Shown piece after piece: positions 8,900 to 16,704 of a stretch of DNA of 36,799 nucleotides. Source of the DNA: Acidimicrobiales bacterium (GTDB lineage Bacteria > Actinomycetota > Acidimicrobiia > Acidimicrobiales > VFJN01); assembly GCA_035249805.1 (NCBI GenBank), contig DATFFY010000494.1, positions 1-36,799 on the forward strand, in the 5' to 3' direction. A program made the position numbers and the translations under genes. The notes under the pieces were generated by a model. That model was not told the DNA's origin, ran no database searches, and worked only from the letters and a program-made list of their open reading frames with translations. Each line of letters starts with the position of its first letter. Within the stretch, counting starts at the first letter, position 1.

Positions 8900-9211
8900 A
8901 TGGCGGGACTTGCGCTGCGGCTCGAGCCGGTGACGGTGACCACGACCGTGGTCCACGTCGCTGGCGAGCTCGACGGGGCGACGATCGCCCAGCTCACCGA
9001 TTGCGTGAGCTCGGTCGAGCCTGGTTCGACGACCGTGATCCTGGACCTGCTCGGCCTGACCTTCATGGACTCGATGGGCATCGGGGCGCTCGTCGGCCTC
9101 CACAAGGACCTCGACGCAGCGGCCCGGCTGCTACAGCTGCGCAACGTCAACGGGCACCCACTTCGAGTGTTCGAGATGACCGAGCTCGACCGCGTCCTGC
9201 ACCTGATCTGA
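8900..9211 (+). CDS. STAS-domain anti-sigma-factor antagonist (SpoIIAA/RsbV-like)
   Basis: 103 aa. VVHVAGELDGATIAQL...TVILDLLGLTFMDSMGIGALVGL, with Ser in the DSxG position that is phosphorylated in SpoIIAA-type proteins. Confidence 0.85.
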   Translation: MAGLALRLEPVTVTTTVVHVAGELDGATIAQLTDCVSSVEPGSTTVILDLLGLTFMDSMGIGALVGLHKDLDAAARLLQLRNVNGHPLRVFEMTELDRVLHLI

Positions 9212-9215
9212 TCGG

Positions 9216-9235
9216 GCCCGGCTCTCACGCCGGGC
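9216..9235. terminator. GC-rich hairpin between convergent genes
   Basis: GCCCGGC (9216-9222), loop tctcac, GCCGGGC (9229-9235). It lies 5 nt after the STAS stop. No U-tract. Confidence 0.35.
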
Positions 9236-9269
9236 GAGCTGGCGAACGTCGTTGCACAGCCGCGCGCTC

Positions 9270-10151
9270 CTAGTCGGGTCCGGTCAGGAAGCCACAACAG
9301 TGGTGGGCCACGGCGATGGGCGCCTGCGACGCGAGATCGTGCGCGGCGCCGCCGATCTCCACCAGCGGCTGGGGGTGGAGAAGGCGATCGATCATCTGAT
9401 CGGCGGTGGCGCGCGGGAGCACCTCGCTCGCGTGACCTCGGATGACCAGCGTCGGAGCCACGAGGTCGTCGATCGCCCCCCAGAGCAGGGGACCCTCGAT
9501 CCCCGAGCCCACGCGCCCCGCGAGGCCCAGCGCATCGAACGTCCAGATGAGCCGGCCGTCCCCGTCGCTGACGAGGGACCGTCGGAGGAACTCGAAGATG
9601 TTCTCGCGCTTCGAGCGCGGATCCGCTTCGAGCCACCTGTCGACTGCCTCGTCCACCGAAGCGAACGACTCCCACGCTCGATGCCGGAGCAGCTCGAGGA
9701 ACCGCTCCGCAATCGGACCCTCCTCGAAGGCGTCAGGTGCACTCTCGACGAGGACCAGTCGACGCACGAGGTCTGGCCGTCGCGCCGCCAGCAGCATGCC
9801 GGCCGATCCCCCGATCGAGGAGGCGACGATGTCGACGTCCCGGAGATCGAGGTGCTCGAGGAGGGCAGTGGCCTCCCCGGCGAGCGCTTCAGCGGTGTAG
9901 TCCGCAGACCACTCGCTGAAGCCGTGGCCGCGGAGGTCCGGAACGACGACATCGTGCGTCGTGGCCAGCTGCCGCACGAGCGTGTCCCACTGCCACGCGT
10001 GGGCCATGAGGCCGTGCAGCACGAGCGCCGCAGGCCGGCTTGGTCCACCGAGTCTGCGGTAGTGGATGCACAGGTCGCCGAGGTCCACGAGACCGCCCTC
10101 CTCGGCGACGCGGGTCCGTCGGGGAACCACGAGATCCGGCACCTCTCCCAT
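9270..10151 (-). CDS. alpha/beta-fold hydrolase
   Basis: ATG 10151 (MGEVPDLVVPRRT...). LVLHGLMAHAWQWD, nucleophile-elbow-like IVASSIGGS, and C-terminal IGGAAHDL. The 119 upstream codons of the track ORF are mostly intergenic or remnant sequence. Confidence 0.8.
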   Translation of the reverse strand: MGEVPDLVVPRRTRVAEEGGLVDLGDLCIHYRRLGGPSRPAALVLHGLMAHAWQWDTLVRQLATTHDVVVPDLRGHGFSEWSADYTAEALAGEATALLEHLDLRDVDIVASSIGGSAGMLLAARRPDLVRRLVLVESAPDAFEEGPIAERFLELLRHRAWESFASVDEAVDRWLEADPRSKRENIFEFLRRSLVSDGDGRLIWTFDALGLAGRVGSGIEGPLLWGAIDDLVAPTLVIRGHASEVLPRATADQMIDRLLHPQPLVEIGGAAHDLASQAPIAVAHHCCGFLTGPD

Positions 10152-10402
10152 GCGCAGCGACCGTACGGAGGCGGTGCCGTGGGCGCCAGGCTCCCATCGG
10201 AGCTGTAGCGGAACGGTTGCCGCACGCCTGCGTATGTCACAAGCCCGTAACGCGTCGAGCGAGTCGCTGGAACGTCGGCGATGCTCGGCCCTACGGTGCC
10301 GCCCAGCCGCTGGCCGGGTGCCCGCGCGTCGCACCTGCCCGCATGGCCGATGCGCATGCCCGGGCGCCCGGCCAGTGCGCCGGACTCGTCGCCTGCGGGC
10401 GG

Positions 10403-10577
10403 TCACGGCGACACCACGATCGTGCCGTCCATCCCCGGGCGGAGCGTCGAGCTCTCGCCCGTCGGACGTCACGTTGTGGGGTTCGTCCCCGACCCACCTC
10501 CACGTCACCGTCGTCCCGGCGTGGACGTCGAGCTGCCCGGGCGGGACCGCTCAGCGCGACGTGGTCGTGACGATCGG
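10403..10577 (-). pseudogene. decayed cupredoxin (plastocyanin/azurin-like) gene remnant
   Basis: Minus strand reads PIVTTTSR(TGA)AVPPGQLDVHAGTTVTWRWVGDEPHNVTSDGRELDAP. After a 1-nt frame change it reads PGMDGTIVVSP(stop at 10403-10405). This is a cupredoxin N-terminal beta-strand/HNV motif and a C-terminal ...GMxGTIVV tail. The Cys-His loop region is missing and there is an in-frame stop. Confidence 0.5.
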
Positions 10578-10598
10578 TCAGCCGGGAGCGCAGAGTGG

Positions 10599-11993
10599 CT
10601 ACGCGTTGACCCTGTCGCCGCCAGCGGAGGGGAGGCGAAGTGTGAAGACTGCCCCAGGTCCGTCGGGCGAGTTGGCTGCTCGGAGCTCCGCGGACATCGC
10701 TGCGGCGTGACCAGCAGCGATGGCGAGCCCGAGGCCCGAACCGCCTGCGGCGCGTGAGCGATCGGACTTGGCGAACCGATCGAAGAGCCGATCGGGGTCG
10801 GCGCCGATCCCTGGGCCGTGGTCCCGTATGCGGACGGAGATCCGGGCACCTTCCTGCGAGGCGGAGATCTCGACCGGTGGGCTCCCGTGTCGAACCGCGT
10901 TCTCGAGGAGGTTCCCGAGCACTCGACTGAGCCGGGCGCGGTCGGCCCGCACCCGCAGTCCGGGGGGGATCGCGATCACGACGTCGTCGGCTCCGTCCGC
11001 CGCACGAACGACGGCCTCGACCGACCGTTCCACGTCGAGGGGTTCCAGATCGGTGGGCTCCGCGCCGGCATCCATCCGGGCGAGCTCGAGCAGCTCCAGG
11101 ACGAGATCTCTGAGCCGGTCGACGTCATCCAGGAGGATCTGCGCCGCTCGGGAGCCGCGCTCGGTGAGACGGTCGACCTCCTCGCGCAGCAACGAGCTGG
11201 AGGCGGCCATGCCGGTCAGCGGAGTGCGCAGCTCGTGCGCCACCTCGGCCGTGAGCTGGCGTTCGCGCTCGGCCGCCCTCGTCAGCTGCTCGATCGTCTG
11301 CTGCAGCGCGGCCGCCATGTCGTTGAACGACGCAGTCCACGCGCCGAACTCGTCGTCGCCGCCGCCGTCCAGGCGCGTCTCGAGCAAGCCGCTGGCCAGC
11401 GATCGGGCGGCGGACGAGGCCGCCCGCACGGGCGCCAGCACGCGCCGTGCGAACCAGCTCCCCACCACGGCACCAGCTCCCGCGGTGATCAGCCACGCCA
11501 CGCCCAGCACGACGCGCAGGTCGCGGAGGCTCTCGTGGACCGGGTCGGTCGAGAAGAAGAACCAGTAGTCCGTCCCCGATCGTCGTGACGCGAGGACGAA
11601 GCGCTCGACGCCGTTGATCTCGGTGTGGCCCTCGGCGATCGCGTCCGATGGCGGATCCTGCAGGTTCGCCGGGATGTCCTCGCCATGGAGGTCGGCGGCT
11701 GAGGTGTACTCCCCGGCGCTGGTCCGAGCGATGGTGCTCGCCCCTGTGCGCGACTCGTATGCCGCTTGCAGGCGCTCGAAGCTCGTCTCCGTGAGGTCCT
11801 CCGGCGCCAGCGCGAGGGCCAGCTCGGCCTCATCTCGGCTGCGTCCCTCGAAGGTCTGCATGCGATAGGCCGCCGACAGGGTGTAGGTGATGATCCCGAG
11901 CACGCCGGCGCCCGTGGCCGCCACCAGGACGAAGGCGGCGGTCAACCTCCGTCGGAACCGCGGATGGCTGCGGGACGGCTGCGCCTCAGGCAC
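10599..11993 (-). CDS. two-component sensor histidine kinase (2 TM, HAMP, HisKA, HATPase_c)
   Basis: H-box AEVAHELRTPLTGM. N/G boxes LLENAVRHG, IRDHGPGI and GGSGLGLAI. TM segments LTAAFVLVAATGAGVLGIITYTL and VVLGVAWLITAGAGAVVGSWFA. Start chosen at in-frame GTG 11993, overlapping the response-regulator stop by 8 nt; 12044 is the alternative. Confidence 0.85.
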   Translation of the reverse strand: MPEAQPSRSHPRFRRRLTAAFVLVAATGAGVLGIITYTLSAAYRMQTFEGRSRDEAELALALAPEDLTETSFERLQAAYESRTGASTIARTSAGEYTSAADLHGEDIPANLQDPPSDAIAEGHTEINGVERFVLASRRSGTDYWFFFSTDPVHESLRDLRVVLGVAWLITAGAGAVVGSWFARRVLAPVRAASSAARSLASGLLETRLDGGGDDEFGAWTASFNDMAAALQQTIEQLTRAAERERQLTAEVAHELRTPLTGMAASSSLLREEVDRLTERGSRAAQILLDDVDRLRDLVLELLELARMDAGAEPTDLEPLDVERSVEAVVRAADGADDVVIAIPPGLRVRADRARLSRVLGNLLENAVRHGSPPVEISASQEGARISVRIRDHGPGIGADPDRLFDRFAKSDRSRAAGGSGLGLAIAAGHAAAMSAELRAANSPDGPGAVFTLRLPSAGGDRVNA

Positions 11994-12654
11994 GTTCGAA
12001 CCGGTACCCCACGCCCCGGACGGTCGCGATGAAGGGCGGGCCATCCGTGGGGTCTCCGAGCTTGTCGCGCAGGCGCTTCACGGCCATGTCCACGAGGCGC
12101 GAGTCGCCCAGGTAGTCATAGCCCCACACCCGGTCGAGAAGGACCTCCCTCGACCTGACCTCCCCCGCGTGCTGCAGCAGCTCTGTGAGGAGTCGCAGCT
12201 CGGTCCGACTGAGGCCCAGCTCCACGCCCTCGCGCTCGGCGCGGAAGGCGCGCTCGTCGACGGACACGCCCCGCGCGCTCAGCGGCTCGTCGGGGCTCGC
12301 GCGCCGGAGCACGCTCCGGATCCTCGCCACCAGCACCGATGGGTCGAAGGGCTTCGTGACGTAGTCGTCGGCCCCGTGCTCCAGGCCGGTCACGACATCG
12401 CGCGCGTCGGCCCGGGCCGTCAGCAGGATGATCGGGATCTGGCTCTCGGCGCGCAGGCTCTGGCAGATCTCTAGGCCGCTCCGGCCCGGCAGCATGATGT
12501 CCAGGAGGACCACGTCGAAGGATCGAGCGCTCGCGAGGTCGACGACGCCTTCGCCGTCGGGTACCGAGACGACGTCGAAGCCGGCGGCCTCCAGCACGAG
12601 CGTCGCGCTCTCGCGGACGGAGCGATCGTCCTCTACGAGCAGAACTCGGCGCAC
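11986..12654 (-). CDS. OmpR/PhoB-family response regulator
   Basis: Receiver motifs VLLVEDD, DVVLLDIMLPG and DDYVTKPF. Winged-helix output ends in ATVRGVGYRF. Confidence 0.9.
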   Translation of the reverse strand: MRRVLLVEDDRSVRESATLVLEAAGFDVVSVPDGEGVVDLASARSFDVVLLDIMLPGRSGLEICQSLRAESQIPIILLTARADARDVVTGLEHGADDYVTKPFDPSVLVARIRSVLRRASPDEPLSARGVSVDERAFRAEREGVELGLSRTELRLLTELLQHAGEVRSREVLLDRVWGYDYLGDSRLVDMAVKRLRDKLGDPTDGPPFIATVRGVGYRFERA

Positions 12655-12678
12655 GGCGCCTCCGAACTCGTGTGCATG

Positions 12679-12695
12679 ACTACACTCAATGTAGT
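12679..12695. promoter_or_regulatory. perfect inverted repeat ACTACA-N5-TGTAGT in the divergent RR/MarR control region (candidate MarR operator)
   Basis: ACTACA 12679-12684, ctcaa, TGTAGT 12690-12695. It sits between the response-regulator start (12654) and ATG 12703. Confidence 0.4.
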
Positions 12696-12702
12696 GCAGC
12701 AG

Positions 12703-13179
12703 ATGTCAGAGGGAAAGGCGGTCGATGCGCTCCTGCGAGCGTCCCGGGCGCTCGTGGCCGTCGCCGCCGCGTCGCTCGCCGAGGTGGAGGACGTGACGCT
12801 GCCCCAGTACCGGGCGCTCGTGCTGCTCTCGGCCCGGCCCAGGACGACCGTGTCCGAGCTCGCTGCGGCGCTCGGCATCCACTCCACCACCGCCACGCGC
12901 CTCACCGATCGCCTGGTCCGCAAACAGCTGGTCGTCCGCTCGGAGGATCCCGAGGACCGCCGGGTCACCACCTTGCGCCTCGCGCCCGGCGGCCGTCGCA
13001 TCGTGACCGACGTGATGCGCACCCGCTCCGACCAGCTGAGGCGGATCGTGGCCGAGATGCCCCACAGGTCGTTGCCACCCCTCATCGAGGCCCTGGAGTC
13101 GTTCAGCCGGGCGGCAGGAGAGCCGGACGAGCTGAACCTCTTCGGTTGGGCTCCGGCGACTGAGACCGGGCGTACCTAA
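12703..13179 (+). CDS. MarR-family transcriptional regulator
   Basis: Winged HTH LPQYRALVLLSARPRTTVSELAAALGIHSTTATRLTDRLVRKQLVVRSEDPEDRRVTTLRLAPGG. Start uncertain: in-frame GTG 12670, ATG 12676 or ATG 12703. 12703 is chosen because the palindrome would otherwise lie inside the CDS. Confidence 0.8.
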   Translation: MSEGKAVDALLRASRALVAVAAASLAEVEDVTLPQYRALVLLSARPRTTVSELAAALGIHSTTATRLTDRLVRKQLVVRSEDPEDRRVTTLRLAPGGRRIVTDVMRTRSDQLRRIVAEMPHRSLPPLIEALESFSRAAGEPDELNLFGWAPATETGRT

Positions 13180-13508
13180 CAACCACTGGTCGTCGGCTCG
13201 AGACGAAGCGAGGGTGTCATGCCGGTCGCGTCGAGCACCCGGCGAACGAGACGGGAGGGGCGGATGCGCAGGTCGATCCCACGCTGACGCGCCCGACGGT
13301 CCTGGTAGACGAGCGTCCCCACACCGGCGCCGTCGCAGAACGTCACCCCTCGTAGATCCACGACCACGACGTCGACCCCTTCGGCGCACGCGACCTCGAC
13401 GGCCCGACCCAGCGATGCAGCCGTGTTGGCATCGATCTCGCCGATGACCCGAACCCGACCGAGGCGCTTGTCGGTCGACTCGACGCGCACGGAGAAGCGA
13501 GAGAGCAC
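13176..13508 (-). CDS. STAS-domain anti-sigma-factor antagonist lacking the phosphorylatable Ser
   Basis: VIGEIDANTAASL...VVVVDLRGVTFCDGAGVGTLV. The DSxG Ser position is Gly (CDGAG). The stop overlaps the MarR stop (convergent, 4 nt). Confidence 0.8.
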   Translation of the reverse strand: MLSRFSVRVESTDKRLGRVRVIGEIDANTAASLGRAVEVACAEGVDVVVVDLRGVTFCDGAGVGTLVYQDRRARQRGIDLRIRPSRLVRRVLDATGMTPSLRLEPTTSGC

Positions 13509-13594
13509 CGGCTGATCGTAGAGAGTGGAACGGACGGCGTTCGGGCACGTCGATCCCTTGTTACCGAACCGTTGCCGAGAGCGGGACCCGGGCG

Positions 13595-13801
13595 ACAGCG
13601 ATCGCGGTCGGCGCGTCCCTGCTGTCGTTGTCGGGGTGCGGCCACGACGACGAGCGCGGTCGGATCACCGACGCCGATCGCTCCGGTCCGGTCGAGCTGC
13701 TCGCCAGCGACGGGAGGTCCGTGGAGCTCTGGGCGTTCGTCGACTGCCGGATCGAGGCGGTGCGGAGCGCACTGGGGTCGCGACGGGAGGCGACTCCGTG
13801 A
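13595..13801 (+). pseudogene. lipoprotein-like coding frame without a usable start codon (possible pseudogene or sequence error)
   Basis: Frame 2 reads TAIAVGASLLSLSGCGHDDERGRITDADRSGPVELLASDGRSVELWAFVDCRIEAVRSALGSRREATP(TGA 13799-13801). There is a lipobox-like L-S-G-C, and third codon positions are about 90% G/C. No ATG/GTG/TTG is in frame upstream of the hydrophobic segment back to about 13481. Confidence 0.3.
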
Positions 13802-13882
13802 CCAGCGGTGACGGTCCGGCATTCTCGCCTCGGCACTCGCCACGACGGTCTACGAGGCCGCCGATGCGGGCACGCGGCTCCC

Positions 13883-14746
13883 ATGGTCGCTCAGATGCCA
13901 GGCAGTAGGTCGGTGCCGACCCGAACCCCGGACTTCGCTGACTGGGTCGACGAGGTCCCGCGTCACTTCGCCGCGGACGGCGACGTCGTGATGAGCCACA
14001 TCCTGGCCGTCCTGTCCGGCGTGTTCCCCGACGGAGAGGACTACTTCGTCCGGTCCGTGGCTGCGGTCCGCGATCGGATCGAGGATCCCGAGCTGCGCCG
14101 GGACGTCGAGGGCTTCATCGGGCAAGAGGAGATGCACGGCCGAGAACACCGACTGCTCAACGAGCGCCTGGCGGAGCTCGGCTACCCGACCCGGCCGATC
14201 GGGGCCTACGTACGCTGGCTGTTCCGCACCCGTGAACGGGTGAGGATGCCGACCCTCCACCTCGGCTTCACCGCCGCGCTCGAGCACTACACAGCGACGC
14301 TGGCAGAGACGTTGCTCAGCGAGCCGGACGCACGTGCGGAGATCGGCCACGATGCGGTGCGCTCGCTGCTCCTGTGGCACGCCTTGGAGGAGGCCGAGCA
14401 CAAGGCCGTGGCCTTCGACGTGTTCCGTGCCGTCGGCGGCACCGAGCGGATGCGGCTCGCCACGATGTGGCTGACGCACATCCTCTTCCTGCTGGAGACC
14501 TCGATCTGGACCGCCATCTCCCTTGCCAGGGATCCGGTCGCCCGCCGGCATCCGGGTCGCGTGGCGAAGGGGATCTGGCGTCTACGGCGATCACCGTTCA
14601 CGCGTCCTGCGGCGGCTCGCCAGCTCCTGCAATACACCAAGCGCGGGTTCCATCCCAACGATCGGGACACCACCGAGCTCATCTCCGCTTGGCGGGCGAA
14701 GCTCTTCGGCTCCGAGGGCGAGCTCGTCGACCTGGTGGCCAGCTGA
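13883..14746 (+). CDS. predicted metal-dependent hydrolase family protein (PF10118-like)
   Basis: VMSHILAVLSGVFPDGEDYFVRSVAAVRDRIEDPELRRDVEGFIGQEEMHGREH...LWHALEEAEHKAVAFDVF. Start at ATG 13883 (13895 alternative). Confidence 0.7.
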   Translation: MVAQMPGSRSVPTRTPDFADWVDEVPRHFAADGDVVMSHILAVLSGVFPDGEDYFVRSVAAVRDRIEDPELRRDVEGFIGQEEMHGREHRLLNERLAELGYPTRPIGAYVRWLFRTRERVRMPTLHLGFTAALEHYTATLAETLLSEPDARAEIGHDAVRSLLLWHALEEAEHKAVAFDVFRAVGGTERMRLATMWLTHILFLLETSIWTAISLARDPVARRHPGRVAKGIWRLRRSPFTRPAAARQLLQYTKRGFHPNDRDTTELISAWRAKLFGSEGELVDLVAS

Positions 14747-14761
14747 GCGCCATCGGCGCTC
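14745..14761 (+). terminator. short perfect hairpin overlapping the stop codon
   Basis: GAGCGCC (14745-14751), atc, GGCGCTC (14755-14761). No U-tract. Confidence 0.3.
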
Positions 14762-14933
14762 CCCTGGAACCCGTGGCTCCGACGGTCCAGGCAACGGTCG
14801 AGAAGCATCCCGGACTCGAGATGGGTGATCACTCGACCGCGTCACGAGCTCGTCACACGCGGGTGCATCGCACTGACACCCGGCACAGTTCGGGTACGCG
14901 TCGGCGACGACCACCGCGAAATCGGAGGACTCG

Positions 14934-15248
14934 ATGGTGCCGATCATCCCTTGGACCTATCCGACGGACCGCTATTACTACGGATGGTACGGAGAGGCAC
15001 CACCCCCCTTCGGCACGGACAGCGGCACGGATGGCGCCATCAAGTCGACAGTGGTCGATCGCCTCAGGGAGAACCCGTTGACCGCACCCTTCGACCTGAA
15101 GGTCGATGTCAAGCAGTCGGTCGTCGTGCTCGGAGGCATCGTGGGCTCTTCGCTGGCCAAGCGCGCCGCTGGGGACGATGCCTGGGACACCCCCGGTGTG
15201 AACGACGTCTCCAACCAGCTCGAGGTCGTCCCCGACCAGTTCGGTTGA
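14934..15248 (+). CDS. BON-domain protein
   Basis: GGAGGA 6 nt upstream of ATG 14934. IKSTVVDRLRENPLTAPFDLKVDVKQSVVVLGGIVGSSLAKRAAGDDAWDTPGVNDVSNQLEV matches the BON pattern. Confidence 0.8.
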   Translation: MVPIIPWTYPTDRYYYGWYGEAPPPFGTDSGTDGAIKSTVVDRLRENPLTAPFDLKVDVKQSVVVLGGIVGSSLAKRAAGDDAWDTPGVNDVSNQLEVVPDQFG

Positions 15249-15545
15249 GCCCGTCGCCGCGGACGCCGCCGCCTCATCGATCTGTGGTGAGTGAGCGCAG
15301 CAAGTAACGATCTCGCGACAAGCGCTCCATGACGTTGACCGCTTCCGAGGCGCGACCTGAGATTGCAGCATGACCTCCGATCGGAACGGCTCGGCCGAAC
15401 GCGGGCGGCGCCCGCTCGTGGATCACCGTCCTGGCGAACCTGCAACGATGAACCTTCACGACTCGGAGGCGGTGCTCCCGCGTCGCGCCGCCGATCGGGC
15501 CGATCGGTCGGCTGCGGCCGCCCAGCGTCACCCGAGCAGCGCGAG

Positions 15546-16655
15546 ATGCCGCCGGTGAGGGCCGTCGTCCAGGCGAGGTACGGCAACCCATCGGACGTCC
15601 TCGGGGTACAGCAGGTCGAAGCGCCCGCCCTGGCTGCCGATGGCGTCTTGGTCCGGGTCGATGCGTCCTCTGTGACCGGCGACGACTGGCAGCTCACGCG
15701 CGGCGTCCCGCTCATGGCGCGCTCGATCACGGGGCTTCGGCGGCCCAAGGCGCGCATCCCGGGACGGGACGTTGCTGGCGTCGTGATCGCCACTGGCTCG
15801 CGGGTGACCTCGCTGAGGCCCGGCGACCGGGTGTTCGGCTGGTGCCACGGGGCACTCGCGGAGGTGGCCGCCGCCACCGAGAGCTCGCTCGTCGAGGCCC
15901 CGGCCCAGGTGAACACCATCGACCTTGCGACGGTGCCGACCAGTGCGGTCACCGCGCTCCAGGCGCTGCGGTCCGGAAGGAGCGGTCCCGGCAAGCGGGT
16001 CCTGATCGTGGGTGCTTCCGGCGCCATCGGCACGTTCGCGGTGCAGATCGCTGCTGCGAGCGGCGCGTATGTGACGGCCGTGTGCGGGGATCAGTCAGCC
16101 GAGCTCGTCCTGTCACTCGGCGCGCAGCGCGCGATGACGGATCGTGCGGGGGATGTTGCGGCCGCCGGTGAGCGCCACGACACCATCATCGACTTGGTTG
16201 GCTCGGTGCCGCTGCGCACTTGGGGCCGAGCCACGGTCCGGGGGGGCACCGTGGTGGTCGTGTCCAGCTCCGGTGGGCGCTGGTTGAACGGAGCCCAGCG
16301 CTTCCTTGCCGCAGCGCTGCGAACGCCGTTCTCGCGGCGCCGGTACCGCCCGCTGTTCCTCAGCGAACGCCTGGACGACCTCATCACCGTCGCAGAGATG
16401 CTGGAGGCGAGAGCGATCACCCCGGTGGTGTCGCACACGTACCCGCTGGAGGGGATCGCGGCCGCCGTCGAGCACTTTCTGCCCGGGCGCGGCCGAGGCG
16501 TGGTGGCCATCAGGGTCACCGGGCGGTCGGGACTCGGTTCCGAGCCGTCACCCGGTCGCCCGGCACGGGCGCTTCGTCCGCGGAGCCGACCGGATGCGAT
16601 GGGTGGCACCAGCGATGCACGCTTCGGTCCCGTCCGGGACAGCGGACGGACATGA
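15546..16655 (+). CDS. MDR-superfamily NAD(P)H-dependent oxidoreductase (quinone oxidoreductase / zinc-type ADH-like)
   Basis: ATG 15546 (MPPVRAVVQARYGNPSDVLGV...). GDRVFG, and Rossmann motif VLIVGASGAIGTFAVQIA. About 40 extra C-terminal residues beyond the usual ...GVVAIRV end. Confidence 0.8.
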   Translation: MPPVRAVVQARYGNPSDVLGVQQVEAPALAADGVLVRVDASSVTGDDWQLTRGVPLMARSITGLRRPKARIPGRDVAGVVIATGSRVTSLRPGDRVFGWCHGALAEVAAATESSLVEAPAQVNTIDLATVPTSAVTALQALRSGRSGPGKRVLIVGASGAIGTFAVQIAAASGAYVTAVCGDQSAELVLSLGAQRAMTDRAGDVAAAGERHDTIIDLVGSVPLRTWGRATVRGGTVVVVSSSGGRWLNGAQRFLAAALRTPFSRRRYRPLFLSERLDDLITVAEMLEARAITPVVSHTYPLEGIAAAVEHFLPGRGRGVVAIRVTGRSGLGSEPSPGRPARALRPRSRPDAMGGTSDARFGPVRDSGRT

Positions 16656-16659
16656 CCGA

Positions 16660-16675
16660 GCGCCGGGTTCGGCGC
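16660..16675. terminator. short GC hairpin between convergent genes
   Basis: GCGCCG (16660-16665), ggtt, CGGCGC (16670-16675), 5 nt after stop 16653-16655. Confidence 0.3.
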
Positions 16676-16704
16676 CTTGGGCAACGGAACGGGACGTTCT
16701 TCAG

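Noticed and set aside
10152-10508. Long N-terminal extension of the alpha/beta hydrolase ORF (track start 10508).
   Set aside because: The extension is R-rich up to M120. Its distal part is better explained as the cupredoxin remnant in the same frame. Hydrolase similarity begins near ATG 10151.
15370-15558. 62-aa plus-strand ORF upstream of, and overlapping, the MDR oxidoreductase start. Also the relatively AT-richer stretch at 15280-15360.
   Set aside because: R/A-rich product, intermediate third-position GC, no SD, no motif. Probably untranslated leader or promoter DNA. It could still be a uORF but I cannot support it.
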